A stretch of DNA of 64,000 nt from contig NC_052156.1 of assembly GCF_902713615.1 (NCBI RefSeq), forward strand, positions 109,111,858-109,175,857, in the 5' to 3' direction. Every line of letters begins with the position of its first letter. The first letter of the stretch is position 1. The stretch comes from Scyliorhinus canicula. Lineage: Eukaryota. The position numbers and the translations under genes are program-made. Shown piece after piece: positions 49,840-60,304 of the stretch. Below the pieces are notes generated by a model that worked only from the letters and a program-made list of their open reading frames with translations, was not told the DNA's origin and made no database searches.

Positions 49840-50285
49840 CAGGGCAGCTCCTGCTCAAAGGCATTGGAAAGAGCTCTTTTTTTTAACCCGATATTGGGTG
49901 GAGTTTCGATGAGAAGGTATAGTTGAAGGTAGGAGGAGTAGTTTCCCCCAGGAGTGGTATGTCCGCTGGTTATCAAACCTAGCAGAAGATGGTGAGAGAC
50001 CTGACCAAAGAGTTGGAGGAAACCTGTGGCGCAGCAGCTGATGGAAGAATGGCAGAGGGGGAAGGGCTGGTGCAAGGTGGAAAGCCCCAGATGAAGCAGT
50101 GATAGCTTTTATTAAGGAGGAATTCCACCAGCAGAGGAAGGAAATGCAGGAGGATCGCTCAAAGGCCATCGAAGGAGCTGTGGCACCCCTGAAGAGTTTG
50201 ATGGAACGGGTGGAAAAGTACTTGGAGGTGCAGGGGTCGCAGATTCAAGAGATTGAAGGAGTGATATCGGACCATAGAGATTCCA
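49840..50285 (+). mobile_element. L1-like LINE 5' fragment (UTR and coiled-coil ORF1 start)
   Basis: FIKEEFHQQRKEMQEDRSKAIEGAVAPLKSLMERVEKYLEVQGSQIQEIE resembles an L1 ORF1 coiled coil. Confidence 0.6.
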
Positions 50286-50292
50286 TGAAATA

Positions 50293-50499
50293 ACCTTTGC
50301 TTTCTGTGGCTCTTTGTATCCCGTTGCCCTGGGTTTCTGTGGCTATGACTCATCTTTCATTCTCTCTCCACAGTATAAATATTTCCCACTTTCTCTGTCT
50401 TTAGCTTTGACAAAGGGTCATCTGGATTCGAAACGTTAGCTCTTTTCTCTCCCTACAGATGCTGCCAGACCAGCTGATATTTTCCAGCATTTTCTTTTT
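50293..50499 (+). mobile_element. Penelope-like terminal repeat fragment
   Basis: gtataaat...tgacaaagggtcatctggattcgaaacgttagctc...cagatgctgccagacc...tttccagcatt. Confidence 0.72.
50403..50441 (+). ncRNA. Candidate minimal type I hammerhead ribozyme
   Basis: AGCT-[UUGACAA]-A-GGGUC-aucug-GAUUC-[GAAA]-CG-[UU]-AGCT; topology fits by hand-folding, activity untested. Confidence 0.55.
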
Positions 50500-51928
50500 G
50501 GATATATACAAGTGGCTAGGGCAGCAGGGAGGTAAATGAGTGGTGAAGATCAAGGAGAAATGGGAAGGGGAGTTAGGAGGGGAGATCGATTGGGGAGTTT
50601 GGAGTGAGGCACTGTGTAGTGTTATGTGCCTGGGTTTGGAAAAGTCCAAAGTATATCATGGAGTTCACCTCATCTATAACTGTTGATTTTTGTTACGCTG
50701 AGCGCAAGAGCCTGCCTTTCAGGTATTATTCAACAGAGTTCTTGGACACTTTTAATGAAAAAACAAGCTTTATTCTACGTATTTAGTTAACATTTGTGTA
50801 AACACACACAGTAAGAATTATTATCAACGACAAACATAAAGAACCTATACAGCTACAGTAATCTATGTATAACCCTAAATAAATTCCCCCTTTAACTGTT
50901 CCCAATTCCATCACAAAATCCAAGTAAAACCAGAAACTCCTTTTCAAAGGTGTGGCCCAGCAGACAGCACTCTTACTGTTATTGATACTCTGTTCCCCTT
51001 CTCAAACAGCAGGTTTGAATTCCTTCCAGAAAGCAATTAACTCTTTTAAGTTATCAAGTAGTCTGGAAACAGCTTTGAAAATGAAGATAGAGAAACACTT
51101 CTGTCAACCTGTGTAGTTTAAAACCAGTCCAAAACTCAAAGCGAAAGTAAAACTACCAGAGCCACAAACCAGCTCCACACTCAAACCGAAAGTAAAAACT
51201 CTCAGAGCCGCAGCCCAGCTCCACCCACACAATGACATCACTGAAGCCATGTGATAAGTCAAAAACATTTCTTAAAGGGACACTCCCATGGCAGTCGGGT
51301 AAACAGGACCTCACCTTGCGCAAGGCTGAGCCTGATACAGTTTAAGGTGGTGCACAGGGTGCATATGACTTGGACAAGAATGAGTGGGTTCTTTCAGGGG
51401 TGGCAGATGAGTGTGAGAGGTGTGGGTGGGGGCCAGCGAATCACTAGCACATGTTCTGGGGCTGTGAAAAATTGGAGAGTTTCTGGGCGGGAGTGTTCGC
51501 GGCCCTATCCAGGATAGTGCGGGAGGAGGTGGACCCGGACCCTTTGGTGGCGGTATTGGGGTTTCCGAGAAGCCGGAGCTCATAAAGAGGAGGGAGGCCG
51601 ATGTCGTGGCCTTCGCCTCTCTGATTGGTGTCGAATTTTACTGGAGTGGCGGTCGACATCACCACCGGGGATAGCGGCTTGCTTGGGTGACCTGTACAAC
51701 TTCCTGTTCTTGGAGAAGATAAAGTACGGGTTAAGGAGCTCAACAGAGGGGTTTGAGAAAAGGTGGGGGATGTTCGTGACCGGTGTTTGAGGAGCTGTTT
51801 GTCGCGGAGGGTGGGTGGTGAAAAAGTTGGACAAACTATAATTGATAGTTGGGAAATATGTTTCCCGCGGTGTTTATTTGCTGTAACCTGTTTTGATACA
51901 TGTTTGTGATAAAATACATTAAAAAAAA
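50500..51928 (+). mobile_element. L1-like LINE 3' end interrupted by a solo LTR
   Basis: WSEALC / RVNRTSPCARLSLIQFKVVHR rejoins across the LTR; ends gataaaatacattaaaaaaaa. Confidence 0.85.
50620..51293 (-). mobile_element. Solo LTR (Gypsy-like) nested in the L1
   Basis: TGTTATG...CATGGCA ends; flanks GTAG (50616-50619) and GTCG (51294-51297) form a 4-bp TSD with one mismatch; strand tentative. Confidence 0.78.
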
Positions 51929-51932
51929 CAAA

Positions 51933-52268
51933 GAATCACAGAATCTCTACAGTGCAGAAGAAATCCAATAGAAATCCATCGAGTCTGCACAGACCCCCTG
52001 AAAGAGCACGCAGTCTAGGCGTATTCTCCCACCTGATCTCCGTAACCCCACCTAACCTATACATTCGTGGATACTAAGGGACAATTTTAGCATGGCCAAT
52101 CCATCTAATTGCACATTTTTGGACTATGGGAGGAAACCAGAGCACCCGGAAGAAACCCACACAGACAGTAGGAGAACATACAAACTCCGCACAGACAGTT
52201 ACCCAAGGCCGGAATTAAACCCGGGTCCCTGGAGCTGTGAGGCAGCAGTGCTAAGCACTGCCGCCGTG
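51933..52268 (-). mobile_element. HE1-type V-SINE
   Basis: Head, V core and tail in antisense. Confidence 0.85.
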
Positions 52269-52480
52269 TTGATTTTGATTTACTGGGAGGATCATTGGCT
52301 TCCCCAGGGTGGTGCAACAAGAATGCTGATCCATTGCTACCCTGTGACGAGGTGAAGTTATGGCACAATAAACAATACAGTGGTGCTGTACAATTTTAGA
52401 AATAGTTTTCATGAAAATGATGTCATGGCTATGTTTTGTCTGACTATCTGATCAATTAAGTGTTTTCCCTAATTTTCTAG

Positions 52481-52570
52481 ACGCTGTATTTTAAATTACG
52501 ATCCATGGTACCTTGCTGTCTTTGTCATGTGAATTTCAACGTCGCATTACCAGAGGATGAATTAATCCAG
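52481..52570 (+). CDS. C2CD5: C2CD5 coding exon (phase 0 to 0)
   Basis: tag|ACG...CAG|gtacta; TLYFKLRSMVPCCLCHVNFNVALPEDELIQ. Confidence 0.96.
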
Positions 52571-52671
52571 GTACTATTGATATTATACGGCCGACATTGA
52601 CAGTATTGTTTCCTGATCCAGCCTCCATAATTAGGTTGTGGCGATGACTCACATTTGGTTCATTTTTATAG

Positions 52672-52759
52672 GTTTCAGTTACAGCTGTTGCAATAACGTA
52701 TGATAAGGACCAAGCCCAATACGTGACTAAGGTTTGCACAGACAAGACCATCCTGAAAG
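52672..52759 (+). CDS. C2CD5: C2CD5 coding exon (phase 0 to 1)
   Basis: tag|GTT...G|gtgaag after a 101-nt intron; VSVTAVAITYDKDQAQYVTKVCTDKTILK. Confidence 0.93.
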
Positions 52760-53099
52760 GTGAAGTATTTAATGGTCAAGATATAATATTGGTTACTAAA
52801 TAAGAGTCAAAAAAAAATTCAGATTCAATGCTAATGATTTCTCAATGTGATCCAGAAACTCTTGAATATTGGTACTCAATGTACCATAAAAGTTGCTTGG
52901 ATAGCTTATTCGTTAATTTAGTGTCACCACATCATGTAAAATTTGGAAAATAGTCATTTACAATCAAGTGCTGACCTGTGAATCCAAGGTTTAACCCTTG
53001 GAGAGATAATGATCTCCTCCTTATAATTGTTTAGTTTATTAATTTTTGATTTTGTGGATAAATCTGGGAGTATACACTTGAATTTTAGCATCGAAAAAA

Positions 53100-53320
53100 C
53101 TTTTTAATTTAGCGTACCCAATTAATTTCTTCCAATTATAGGGCAATTTAGTGTGGCCAATCTACCTACCGTGCATACCTTTGGGTTGTGGGGGCGAAAC
53201 CCACACAAACACGGGGAGAATGTGCATACTCCACACGGACAGTGACCCAGAGCCGGGATCGAACCTGGGACCTCAGCGCCGTGACACAGCAATGCTAACC
53301 ACTGCGCCACCGTGCTGCCC
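53100..53320 (-). mobile_element. Short V-SINE with A-rich tail
   Basis: Same subfamily as 37360, 42735, 53645 and 57068. Confidence 0.88.
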
Positions 53321-53641
53321 TCTCCGAAGTACCTCGTTAAAAAAACCTACCCTAACCTTTATACAACTGATAACATCAGTTCCCATTTCCAAGTTCTCTA
53401 GATAGTTTTGCAAGTTAAAAATTCTCATAACTTGCTTAGTTTACCCTATATTTACTTCCACTATTATAGCACACTGTAGTTCAGAGACTCAATTTTTCTG
53501 CTGTATGTTTGCTGGTGATCATTCATATCGGAAGAAAAAAACTTTGTAGTCTACAGTGTAAAATTTATGTAATGTATTGTTTGAGGTACTGTAATGTTTT
53601 CACTTAAATTGTGGCATAGAATGTTTCAGTCATTCGGTATT

Positions 53642-53865
53642 TGTTTAAATATAAATTTAGAGTACCCAATTCATTTTTTCCAATTAAGGGGCAATTTTAG
53701 CGTGTTCAATCCTCCTACCTTGCACATCTTTGGGTTGTGGGGGTGAAACCCTCACAGACACGGGGAGAATGTGCAAACTCCACACAGTGACCCAGAGCCG
53801 GGATCGAACCTGGGACCTCGGCACTGTGAGACTGCAGTGCTAGCACAACGCCACCAAGCTGCCCT
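53642..53865 (-). mobile_element. Short V-SINE with A-rich tail and TSD
   Basis: GTCATTCGGTATT (53629-53641) and GTCATTCAGTATT (53866-53878). Confidence 0.9.
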
Positions 53866-54017
53866 GTCATTCAGTATTCTGAGCGCAATGTAAAATGTAT
53901 TGTCTATAGAATGAATTTGTATTTTTTATAATGGAAGGCATTAAGGCAATATCCAAAGCAATCCCAAAGAATCTAGTGGTGCTGTCCAGGGTCCTTGTTA
54001 AGCCCACTGCTCTTGTT

Positions 54018-55317
54018 TTTAAAAAAATAATTTTTATTAAGGTTTTCACAAAATATAAACAAAACAATATTAACAAAACAACCATGGTAAAAACCCAAGA
54101 ACAACAACCACCCAACTACAAAAGCAACTACTAAAACACACAAAAAAAAGCAAACAACAAAAAGGAAAGAGATAACCCACCACATCCAACAAACCCATGT
54201 ACACAATTCTCCCTCCCACCGAACCAAACCCCCCCCACCCCCTGGGTTGCTGCTGCTGCCGGCCTATTTCCCTACCGTTCCGCCAGGAAGTCCAGGAAAG
54301 GCTGCCACCGCCTAAAAAACCCCTGTACTGATCCCCTCAGGGTAAATTTCACCTTCTCTAATTTGATGAACCCCGCCATATTATTGATCCAGGCCTCCAC
54401 GCTTGGGGGCCTCGCATCCTTCCATTGAAGCAAGATCCTCCGCCGGGCTACTAGGGACGCAAAGGCCAGAACACCGGCCTCTTTCGCCTCCTGCACTCCC
54501 GGCTCCACTGCAACCCCAAAAACTTTGAGTCCTCAGCCTGGCTTGACCCTGGATCCCACCACCCTCGACACCGTCCTTGCTACCCACTTCCAAAACACCC
54601 CCAGCGCTGGGCATGCCCAAAACATATGGGCGTGGTTCGCTGGGCTCCCCGAGCACCTAGCACACCTGTCTTCACCCCCGAAAAACCTACTCATCCTCGT
54701 CCCAGGCATGTGGGCCCTATGCAGCACCTTGAACTGTATGAGGCTAAGCCTCGTACAGCAAGAGGAGGAATTCACCCTTTCCAGGGCATCCGCCCACGTC
54801 CCCTCCTCAATCTCCTCACCCAGCTCTCTTCCCATTTACCCTTCAGCTCCTCCACCAAGGCCTCGTCTACCTCCTGCATTACGCGGTATACGTCCGAAAT
54901 CCTCCCTCCTCCAACCCACACCCCCGAGAGCACCCTGTCCCGTACCCCACGTAGGGGCAGCAGAGGGAACCCCTCCACCTGCCGCCTGGCAAACGCCCTA
55001 ACCTGCATGTACCTAAACATGTTCCCAGGGGGGAGCCCAAACTTCCCCTCTAACTCCCCCAGGCTCGCGAACCTCCCATCCACAAACAGGTCCCTCAACC
55101 TCCTAATACCTACCCTGTGCCAGCCCAGAAATCCACCATCGATGCTCCCTGGAACAAACCGGTGGTTCCCCCGTATCGGGAACTCCATCGAGCCCGCCAC
55201 CTCCCCCCTATGCCGTCTCCATTGCCTCCAAATTTTGAGGGTAGCCACCACCACCGGGCTCGTGGTATACCTCGTTGGAGGGAGCGGCAACGGCACCGTT
55301 ACCAGTGCCTCCAGGCT
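54018..55317 (-). mobile_element. Young 5'-truncated L1/Tx1-clade LINE
   Basis: ORF2 C-terminus (LSLIQFKVLHRAH, CARC...HAHMFWAC, GSVQGFFRRWQPFLDFL); perfect 14-bp TSD CCACTGCTCTTGTT (54004-54017 and 55318-55331). Confidence 0.93.
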
Positions 55318-55334
55318 CCACTGCTCTTGTTGAT

Positions 55335-56200
55335 CTGTATTTGGGTCTACAAGGCGATGTCTGCTGATGACATGAAACTTGAAGATGTGATGAAAAAATG
55401 AAGATGATAGTGGTAGATGTCAGGAGGGCATAGATAGACAAATGAAATGCGCAGACATATGACAGATGCAGTATAACACAAAGAATCATGAAATATTGCA
55501 GTTTGAAAAGAGATACAATAATAATCATATGGTACAATTGAAATAGGTGTATAAGATCATTGAGACCTGGGGTTGTGTGAACACAAATCTTTGAGCCAAC
55601 AGGATAAATTGAGAAAGCTGTTGGAGAAGAATACAGGATCCGTGGCTCTATAAATAGATGTGGAAGGTACACAAGCGGCTAGGCCTCAGTTTTAGAGTAT
55701 TATACCAAAATGGGGCACCACACTTCAGGAAGCTCCTCAAAGCTTGAGTATGTAGAGGAGATTTACAAGAATGCAAAACTTTAATTATCTAGAGAGACTA
55801 AAGAAGCAGGGATTTGTTGTTCTTGGAGCAGAGAAGTTAAGGGGAAATTTAATAGAGGTGGTCAAATACTTTGATATTGAGTAAATAAGGAGAAATTGTT
55901 TCCAGTGGCAGAAGGGTGTGTAGCCCAGAGGAGATAGATTAAAGCTGTTAGTAATAGAACCAGAAACATGGTGAGAGGAAATATCTTTACACTGAGTTAT
56001 GATCTGGGACGCAGTGTCTAAAAGGTTGTTGGAGGGAGATTTAGTAAAACTTTCAAAAGGAATTGTATAAAGACTTGAAAGAAAAGAAAATTGCTGGGCT
56101 ACGTGCAACGGGCATAAAAGTGGGATCAATTGGATAGGTCAAAGTCAGTACAATCACATTGGGTTAAATAGATTCCTTCTGTGCTGCATTATTCTATGAT
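55335..56200 (+). mobile_element. Old CR1 LINE 3' part
   Basis: Decayed ADDMKL; 3' end ccttctgtgctgcattattctatga. Confidence 0.65.
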
Positions 56201-56302
56201 ATTTGTTCAACTGGTCATGAAGCAGAATTCCTCAGTTTTGATTTCCTTAAAAATCTTCACTTAATTGAAATTAATTGTTTCTGTTTCATCATTGGTCTAA
56301 AG

Positions 56303-56404
56303 CTTCTGTAGAAAATGAAGACCAACTCCAGTTTACTTTGGAACTCTGCATGGAATCGCAGTCCAGTCAATCTGCTCTGCACTTTTCGCCTTGTAAGACT
56401 ATGG
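56303..56404 (+). CDS. C2CD5: C2CD5 coding exon (phase 1 to 1), last one recognised in the window
   Basis: aag|CT...G|gtaagg; ASVENEDQLQFTLELCMESQSSQSALHFSPCKTM, similar to mammalian ASTDNEELLQFPLELC; exact ends are ambiguous because in-frame alternatives exist. Confidence 0.88.
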
Positions 56405-57067
56405 GTAAGGCAGCGTACAGCACATTTAAAAGCAATTTAAATGGAATATTTTTGTGACCCAAATGCATGTTAAACTATAAACTATACTATAACATCATTA
56501 TAGTACCACATTTTACTTCAAAATTATGTGAGAAACTGTTCTTCCAAGCGGCCGGTTTCCACAATGGTGAAAACCAGTTAAAAGCATTCATTTCAAGTCC
56601 CAGTCTCTAAGTGTTACTTTTGAATCTTGCCCAGCGGATCAATGTGGAAAATGTGGCCAGGTGAACGAAGATGTTAATACAGGTGAATCTGGTGAACGAT
56701 AATGCTATTGATACTAGGATGCCTGTAGATTGTACCAACCTTGTCTTCGTGAGAAGGGATATGCTTTAGAGCAAAAAAGGAAAACCATGCCTTATTAAAA
56801 ATGTGTTTAATCTTGCAGACGTAGCGTTATAAGATGCTTTTTTGCTTCCCTTTAATGTGACAGGAGAGCCTGCTTGGTCCTCACGATCTCACTTGCATTG
56901 TCATTCAATGTGACATTTCTGCTCAGGATTTGGCCGCCATGTCTAGTCTTCAAATGCCTTTGAAGTTTTGAGGGTTTTAAGCTTTCATTTGCCAGTACTT
57001 CTCTGTATATAACACACATGAACTTTGCCTCCTGCTTTGCATTGGCACAATTAACAATCCCAAACCA

Positions 57068-57313
57068 GGGGCAACACGGTGGCGCAAGTGGTTAGCACGG
57101 TTACCTCACAGCGCCGAGGTCCCAGGTTCGATCCCGGCACGGGGTCACTGTCCGTGAGGAGTTTGCGTGTTCTCCCCGTGTGTGCGCATGGGTTTCGCCC
57201 CCACATCCCAAAAGATGTGCAGGATAGGTAGTTTGGCCATTAAGGGGTAATTTAGCCCCTTAATTGGAAAAAATGAATTGGATACTCTAAATTTATTTTT
57301 TAAAAAGAAAAAA
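57068..57313 (+). mobile_element. Short V-SINE with poly-A and TSD
   Basis: TSD AATCCCAAAC (57056-57065 and 57314-57323). Confidence 0.9.
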
Positions 57314-57399
57314 AATCCCAAACTTCAAGAAATCATCTTTATACTGCTTTGTTCCTGATTTCAGCTTCTCCTTTGTGGGTTGTTTACCAGAGGCCCTGG

Positions 57400-57790
57400 A
57401 GCTCACACCAGCATTGCTGGCAGCGACAAAATGGACAAATCTCTTGTGTCCAGAGCACGTGACGTCAGTGTATGGGCTGCATGGCCTAGTCTCTGCCGCC
57501 GCTTCTGGAGAGAAGACTCCGGAATCTGCTCTTGGGTCAGCGCACTGACGTCAGGAGGAGGCGGTCTGCCTTGCTCCACTCTGGTCCTGCGCACTGCTGA
57601 GGGGGCACACATGAGCAGGACAGCCGGCATTTTTGAAAACCGGTCGCAGCCGGCATTTTTGAAGCCAGCCACAGTAGTTGGATGCTTCTTCCTGCGATCG
57701 GGAACGCCACGACCAATGGCCCGCGCCCCTCCTGACACCCACCCATGGCTCACTCGCGGGTCGTGACCCTGAATTTGAAAATGACAGCTT
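57400..57790. mobile_element. CpG-rich fragment of a probable hAT/Charlie-like non-autonomous transposon
   Basis: Right end gggtcgtgaccctgaatttgaaaatgacag resembles the reverse complement of hAT termini of the form CAGTG.TTTTCAAA.T.GGGGTCGCGACCC; 17-bp direct repeat at 57621-57637 and 57647-57663; left end not identified. Confidence 0.45.
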
Positions 57791-58184
57791 TAAAGGGTGT
57801 GCAGCATTTAGTTATACATTTTGATACTAACATGGTCCCAATTTGGAATGTTGACTTCTTTTTGAGCTGGCACATGTGAAGATTTTTCCACAAATCACAA
57901 TCTTTCAACATTTTTAAATTTTTGCACATCAAATAGTTCTGTATGAGACCTGGAGCGACAACCCAATTTATTTGTTCTGCATGTTCGAAATGGTCGGCTC
58001 TGCAACAGTACACCCATTGCAGAAATTACCTAGTCATCCAAAGTGAGTTATGTATTAAAAAAATCCAAATCTGCGTGGCTGGATTTTCTGAGTGCATCAT
58101 TGCGAAAGCTTCAATCAGTGAAAATATCATGCACCATATCTCTACTTGCTGTACTTGGAACAAATTTGTTCCTATTTTTATTTT

Positions 58185-59125
58185 TTGTTCATGGGATGTG
58201 GGTGCCACTGGCTAGGTCAGCATTTATTTCCCATCCCTAATTGCCCTTGAGCATGCGGTGGTGAGCTGCCTTGAACCATTACAGTCCATGTGTCATAGGC
58301 GATCCACGGTGCTATTAAGAAAGGAGTTTCATGATTTTGACCCAGCTTTTAGGAACAGCTAAGAGCTCCAAATCAGGATGGTGAGTGCCAAGGAGCGGAA
58401 TGTGCAGGTGGTGGTGTTTCTTTGCATCTACTGCCCTTATCCTTCTAGGTGGTAGAGGTCACGTCTCAGAGAAGCCTTGGTGTGTTTCTGCATCCACTGT
58501 GTCAGTAGTGGCGGGAGTGAAAATTGAAAATTTGGGCGGGGTGCCAATCAAATAGGCTGCTTTGTCCTGGATGGTGTTGAGCTTCTTGAGTATTGTTGGA
58601 GCTGCACTCACCCAGCCAAGTGGAAAATATTCCATCACACTCTTGACTTGTTATTTGTGGATGGTCGACAGGCTTTCTTATCAAGAAGTGTGGTACTCTC
58701 TGCAGAATTCACAGCCTTTGAGCTACTCTTGAAGCCACAGTATTTATATTGTTTGTCTGGTTAAGCTTCTGGTTAATGATAAATCCCAAAATGGTGATCG
58801 TGGGGATTTAGCAATGACAATGCCATTGAATGTCAAAGGGAGATGGTTAAATTCTGTCTTGTTGGAGAAGGTCATTGTCTGGCACTTGTTTGGCATGAAT
58901 GTTACTTGCCACTTATCAGCCCAAGCTTGTATATTGTCCAGGTCTTACGGCGTATGGGCAAGACTTTTCACAGTAGCTTCATTGCAGTGTTAATGTAAGT
59001 TAACTTGCGACAATAAAGATTATTATTATTATTACTGCTTCAGTACCTGTGGAGTCCCGAGTGGCATTGAACATTGTGCAGTCATCAGTGAACATCCCCA
59101 CTTCTGACCTAATGATGGAAGGAAG
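58185..59125 (-). mobile_element. CR1/L2-group LINE 3' part with a SINE-tail insert (about 58960-59033)
   Basis: Collinear with 60305-61200; (ATT)n-ended tail cttttcacagtagcttcattgcag...acaataaagatt inserted in + orientation. Confidence 0.8.
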
Positions 59126-59362
59126 ATGGCTGTAGTTGCTGGAGATCAATTATCGGGAGTCCCAGGACATTACTGTAGGAATTACTTGGGGCAGTATCCT
59201 ACGGCCAACCATCGTTAGCTGTTTCATCAATGACCTTCCTTCCATCATTAGGTCAGAAGTGGGGATGTTCACTGATGACTGCACAATGTTCAATGCCACT
59301 CGGGACTCCACAGGTACTGAAGCAGTAATAATAATAATAATCTTTATTGTCGCAAGTTAACT
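58998..59362. repeat. Perfect 128-bp inverted repeat with a 109-bp spacer
   Basis: 58998-59125 is the exact reverse complement of 59235-59362 by base-by-base reading. Confidence 0.93.
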
Positions 59363-60304
59363 CACAGTTCTAACATTAACAGATTATATGCAGTTTCTTA
59401 AATTTAACACACGAGGTCCCATTAAACGACACTTGACATTAAAATACAGCTCTCATTCCACTTACATATCCAGGCAAAGGCAGCACTTTCATTTTGGAAG
59501 CAATCTTTCGTCTGTTACGACATCTCTTGCAGAATCCTTTTTTCAAAGCTTTCTGACTCCATGGCAGTTTGCATCATCTGTTTCATGGCTGCTTCCATCT
59601 TTTAACAAGCACACTTCATGACCTGACTGGCTGCTCTCCACAGCCTTCTGCTTCCAGGTTTCCTAACCTGCCTCCTTGGCTGCCCATCTGCTTCTGTCTT
59701 TGTTCCCAAACGAGTTTAAGTCTGAATGGGAGCATGTAACTCAGCCAGATATGGGTGTATCCCTTTGTGTTCGGGCTAACAGCATTTTCCTTCAATCTGT
59801 TTAAACCTTTACATTATCTGCTTCATTTTTGGACCCCATTTCTGAACCAAAATTTCTAATGTTTCCTTATCATGATACCATCATCTCTGGTAGGTCTCTC
59901 GTATCGGTAGGACAGACCCAGGGATGATAATGATTGTGTCTGAGACAATGTCTGTAAGGTATGATTTTGTGAATGTGGCTATGTCAGGCTCTTGCTTGAC
60001 TAGCCTGTGGGACAGTTCTCCCAATTTTGGCACAAATCCCCGGATCTTCATAAGAAGGACTTTGCAGGGTCAACAGGGCTGGGTGTGCCGTTGCCCTTTC
60101 TGCTGCCTCGATCAATGCCGGGTGGTCCGTCCGCTTTTGTTTCTTTTTCCCCCAGACTGGTTTGATACAACTGAGTGGCTTGCTAGGCCTTTTTAAGAGG
60201 GCATTTAAAAGTCAACCACATGGTGTGTCTGGCATCTCAGCTGAACCAGGTAGGACAGGAGATTTTCTTCCACAAAGAACAATAAATATATATATTTTTT
60301 AAAG

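Noticed and set aside
57391-57545. Possible next C2CD5 exon (ccag|AG GCC CTG GAG, EALE...)
   Set aside because: Similarity to the mammalian alternative exon I recall stops after four residues, I found no convincing phase-1 donor, and the sequence looks transposon-derived.
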